Positions 23,207 through 24,000 of a stretch of 24,000 nt of DNA are shown piece by piece. The stretch is taken from the NCBI GenBank assembly GCA_039929445.1, contig JBDSRF010000195.1:9682-33681 (forward strand), read 5' to 3'. Made by a program: the position numbers and the translations under genes. The notes beneath the pieces are model-generated. The model worked only from the letters and a program-made list of their open reading frames with translations. It was not told the origin of the DNA and searched no databases. Origin of the DNA: Arachnia sp. (GTDB lineage: Bacteria > Actinomycetota > Actinomycetes > Propionibacteriales > Propionibacteriaceae). Position 1 is the first letter of the stretch; the number at the start of each line of letters is the position of its first letter.

Positions 23207-24000
23207 ATGCCAGCCGATCCCCCACGCGAGAGTCCCGCGGTCGCGCTCACCCAACTGCCGGTGGCGCTGACGGCTGCCCTGCAGTGCGACGACCCTCTCC
23301 CGCTCACCGCAACACTCGAGGTGCTCTCCAGAGGACTGGAGGGTCGGGGTCTGTCCGCCGCGGACCTGGCACCCGTCGTCGCCGAGCACCTCGAGGACCT
23401 GTGTCGGGCGGCCGTCGCCGACGCCGTCGCAAGGGTCGGCGCCCATCGTAGAAACGACAGACCGTCGGTGGCTGCCATCCTGACTCCGCTCGTCGGGTCC
23501 CTCGAGTTGCCCACGCGCTCGCTCATGGATGCCGCGGAGATCATCCCCATCGGCGCCCACGCATCGCTCAGCCCCCTTGCCCTGGCCATCGACGAGCAAC
23601 TCGTCCCGCAGGTGCGCCGGATTGTCGCCGAGGATCCGCAGTGGGGGGAGATTCTGCCCATCGCCCTCCACAACCTGTCCACGCGACTGTCCGAGGTGGC
23701 GCGGATCGCCGAGGCGCTTACCCCACTGGAGGAGGCGGTCGACCTGATCCGGAGCCTCGCCCAGGTCGCCCCGGACGCCCACGACCCCGCTCTGGCGTCG
23801 GCACTGAATGCCCTGTCCGTCCTCACTGCTCGTGCGGGCCGCAATGCCGACGCCAAAGCCATCGGTTTCGAGGCGATCGCCATCCAACAGCGCCTGGCCA
23901 ATGCCCACCCAGAAATCCACGAGGCGGACCTTGCCCAGTCACTGCACAACATGTCCAATCACTGTCGCGAGGCGGGGCAGGGGAGGTTCCCGGTGATGCT
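23207..24000 (+). CDS. Tetratricopeptide-repeat (TPR_12-like) protein, 3'-truncated by the window edge
   Basis: This ORF is absent from the track because it has no stop in the window. I translated frame 2 by hand from ATG 23207 to 24000 and found 264 codons with no stop and G/C-rich third positions. Repeated TPR-like units include 'LPIALHNLSTRLSEVARIAEALTPLEEAVDLIRSLA', 'PALASALNALSVLTARAGRNADAKAIGFEAIAIQQRLA' and 'ADLAQSLHNMSNHCREAGQ'. The start codon is uncertain. Confidence 0.7.
   Translation, partial: MPADPPRESPAVALTQLPVALTAALQCDDPLPLTATLEVLSRGLEGRGLSAADLAPVVAEHLEDLCRAAVADAVARVGAHRRNDRPSVAAILTPLVGSLELPTRSLMDAAEIIPIGAHASLSPLALAIDEQLVPQVRRIVAEDPQWGEILPIALHNLSTRLSEVARIAEALTPLEEAVDLIRSLAQVAPDAHDPALASALNALSVLTARAGRNADAKAIGFEAIAIQQRLANAHPEIHEADLAQSLHNMSNHCREAGQGRFPVM

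Noticed and set aside
23045-23958. Minus-strand ORFs 23045..23920 (291 aa) and 23197..23958 (253 aa)
   Set aside because: They lie opposite the hand-translated TPR frame. Two overlapping antisense frames, both Arg/Ser/Gly-rich, are less plausible than one plus frame with repeat periodicity and GC-rich third positions.
1-24000. Search for CRISPR arrays, IS elements or terminal inverted repeats, integrases, toxin-antitoxin pairs, and rRNA or tRNA genes
   Set aside because: No regularly spaced direct repeats were seen. No ORF has transposase, integrase or recombinase motifs, and there are no structured RNA gene signatures. The only HEPN-like protein is operon-embedded with polymerases and is not paired with an MNT-type partner.

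Overview
High-GC, Actinomycetota-type chromosomal DNA that is densely coding on both strands. I saw no rRNA, tRNA, CRISPR array, transposase or integrase. About 20 CDSs are supportable. Many long ORFs in the track are antisense shadows typical of high-GC DNA, and several real genes are only the C-terminal part of a longer track ORF.

Gene order:
- DUF58-like fragment, then TgpA-type transglutaminase (ATGA-coupled), then a DUF3040 membrane protein.
- A minus-strand four-gene cassette: DUF6504-like, HEPN-like, DnaE2-like and DinB. Upstream sit a perfect LexA/SOS box and two perfect inverted repeats.
- Secreted Cys-repeat protein, alpha/beta hydrolase, cupin, NRDE-family protein, CoaBC.
- A more A/T-rich group of membrane protein, lipoprotein and small anchored protein.
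- A minus-strand run of GlpF, then secreted GlpQ, secreted HAD phosphatase and serine hydrolase.
- A long acyl-CoA dehydrogenase, then a TPR protein that runs off the window and is absent from the ORF track.

The most interesting locus is the SOS-boxed, translationally coupled DUF6504/HEPN/DnaE2/DinB cassette at about 3129-9273. It contains no ImuA'/ImuB-like genes. Its polymerase has degenerate PHP motifs but intact polymerase aspartates. Its leader carries a 47-nt perfect hairpin and a 21-bp perfect palindrome.

All family calls come from motifs read by eye and remembered family signatures. No database search was run.
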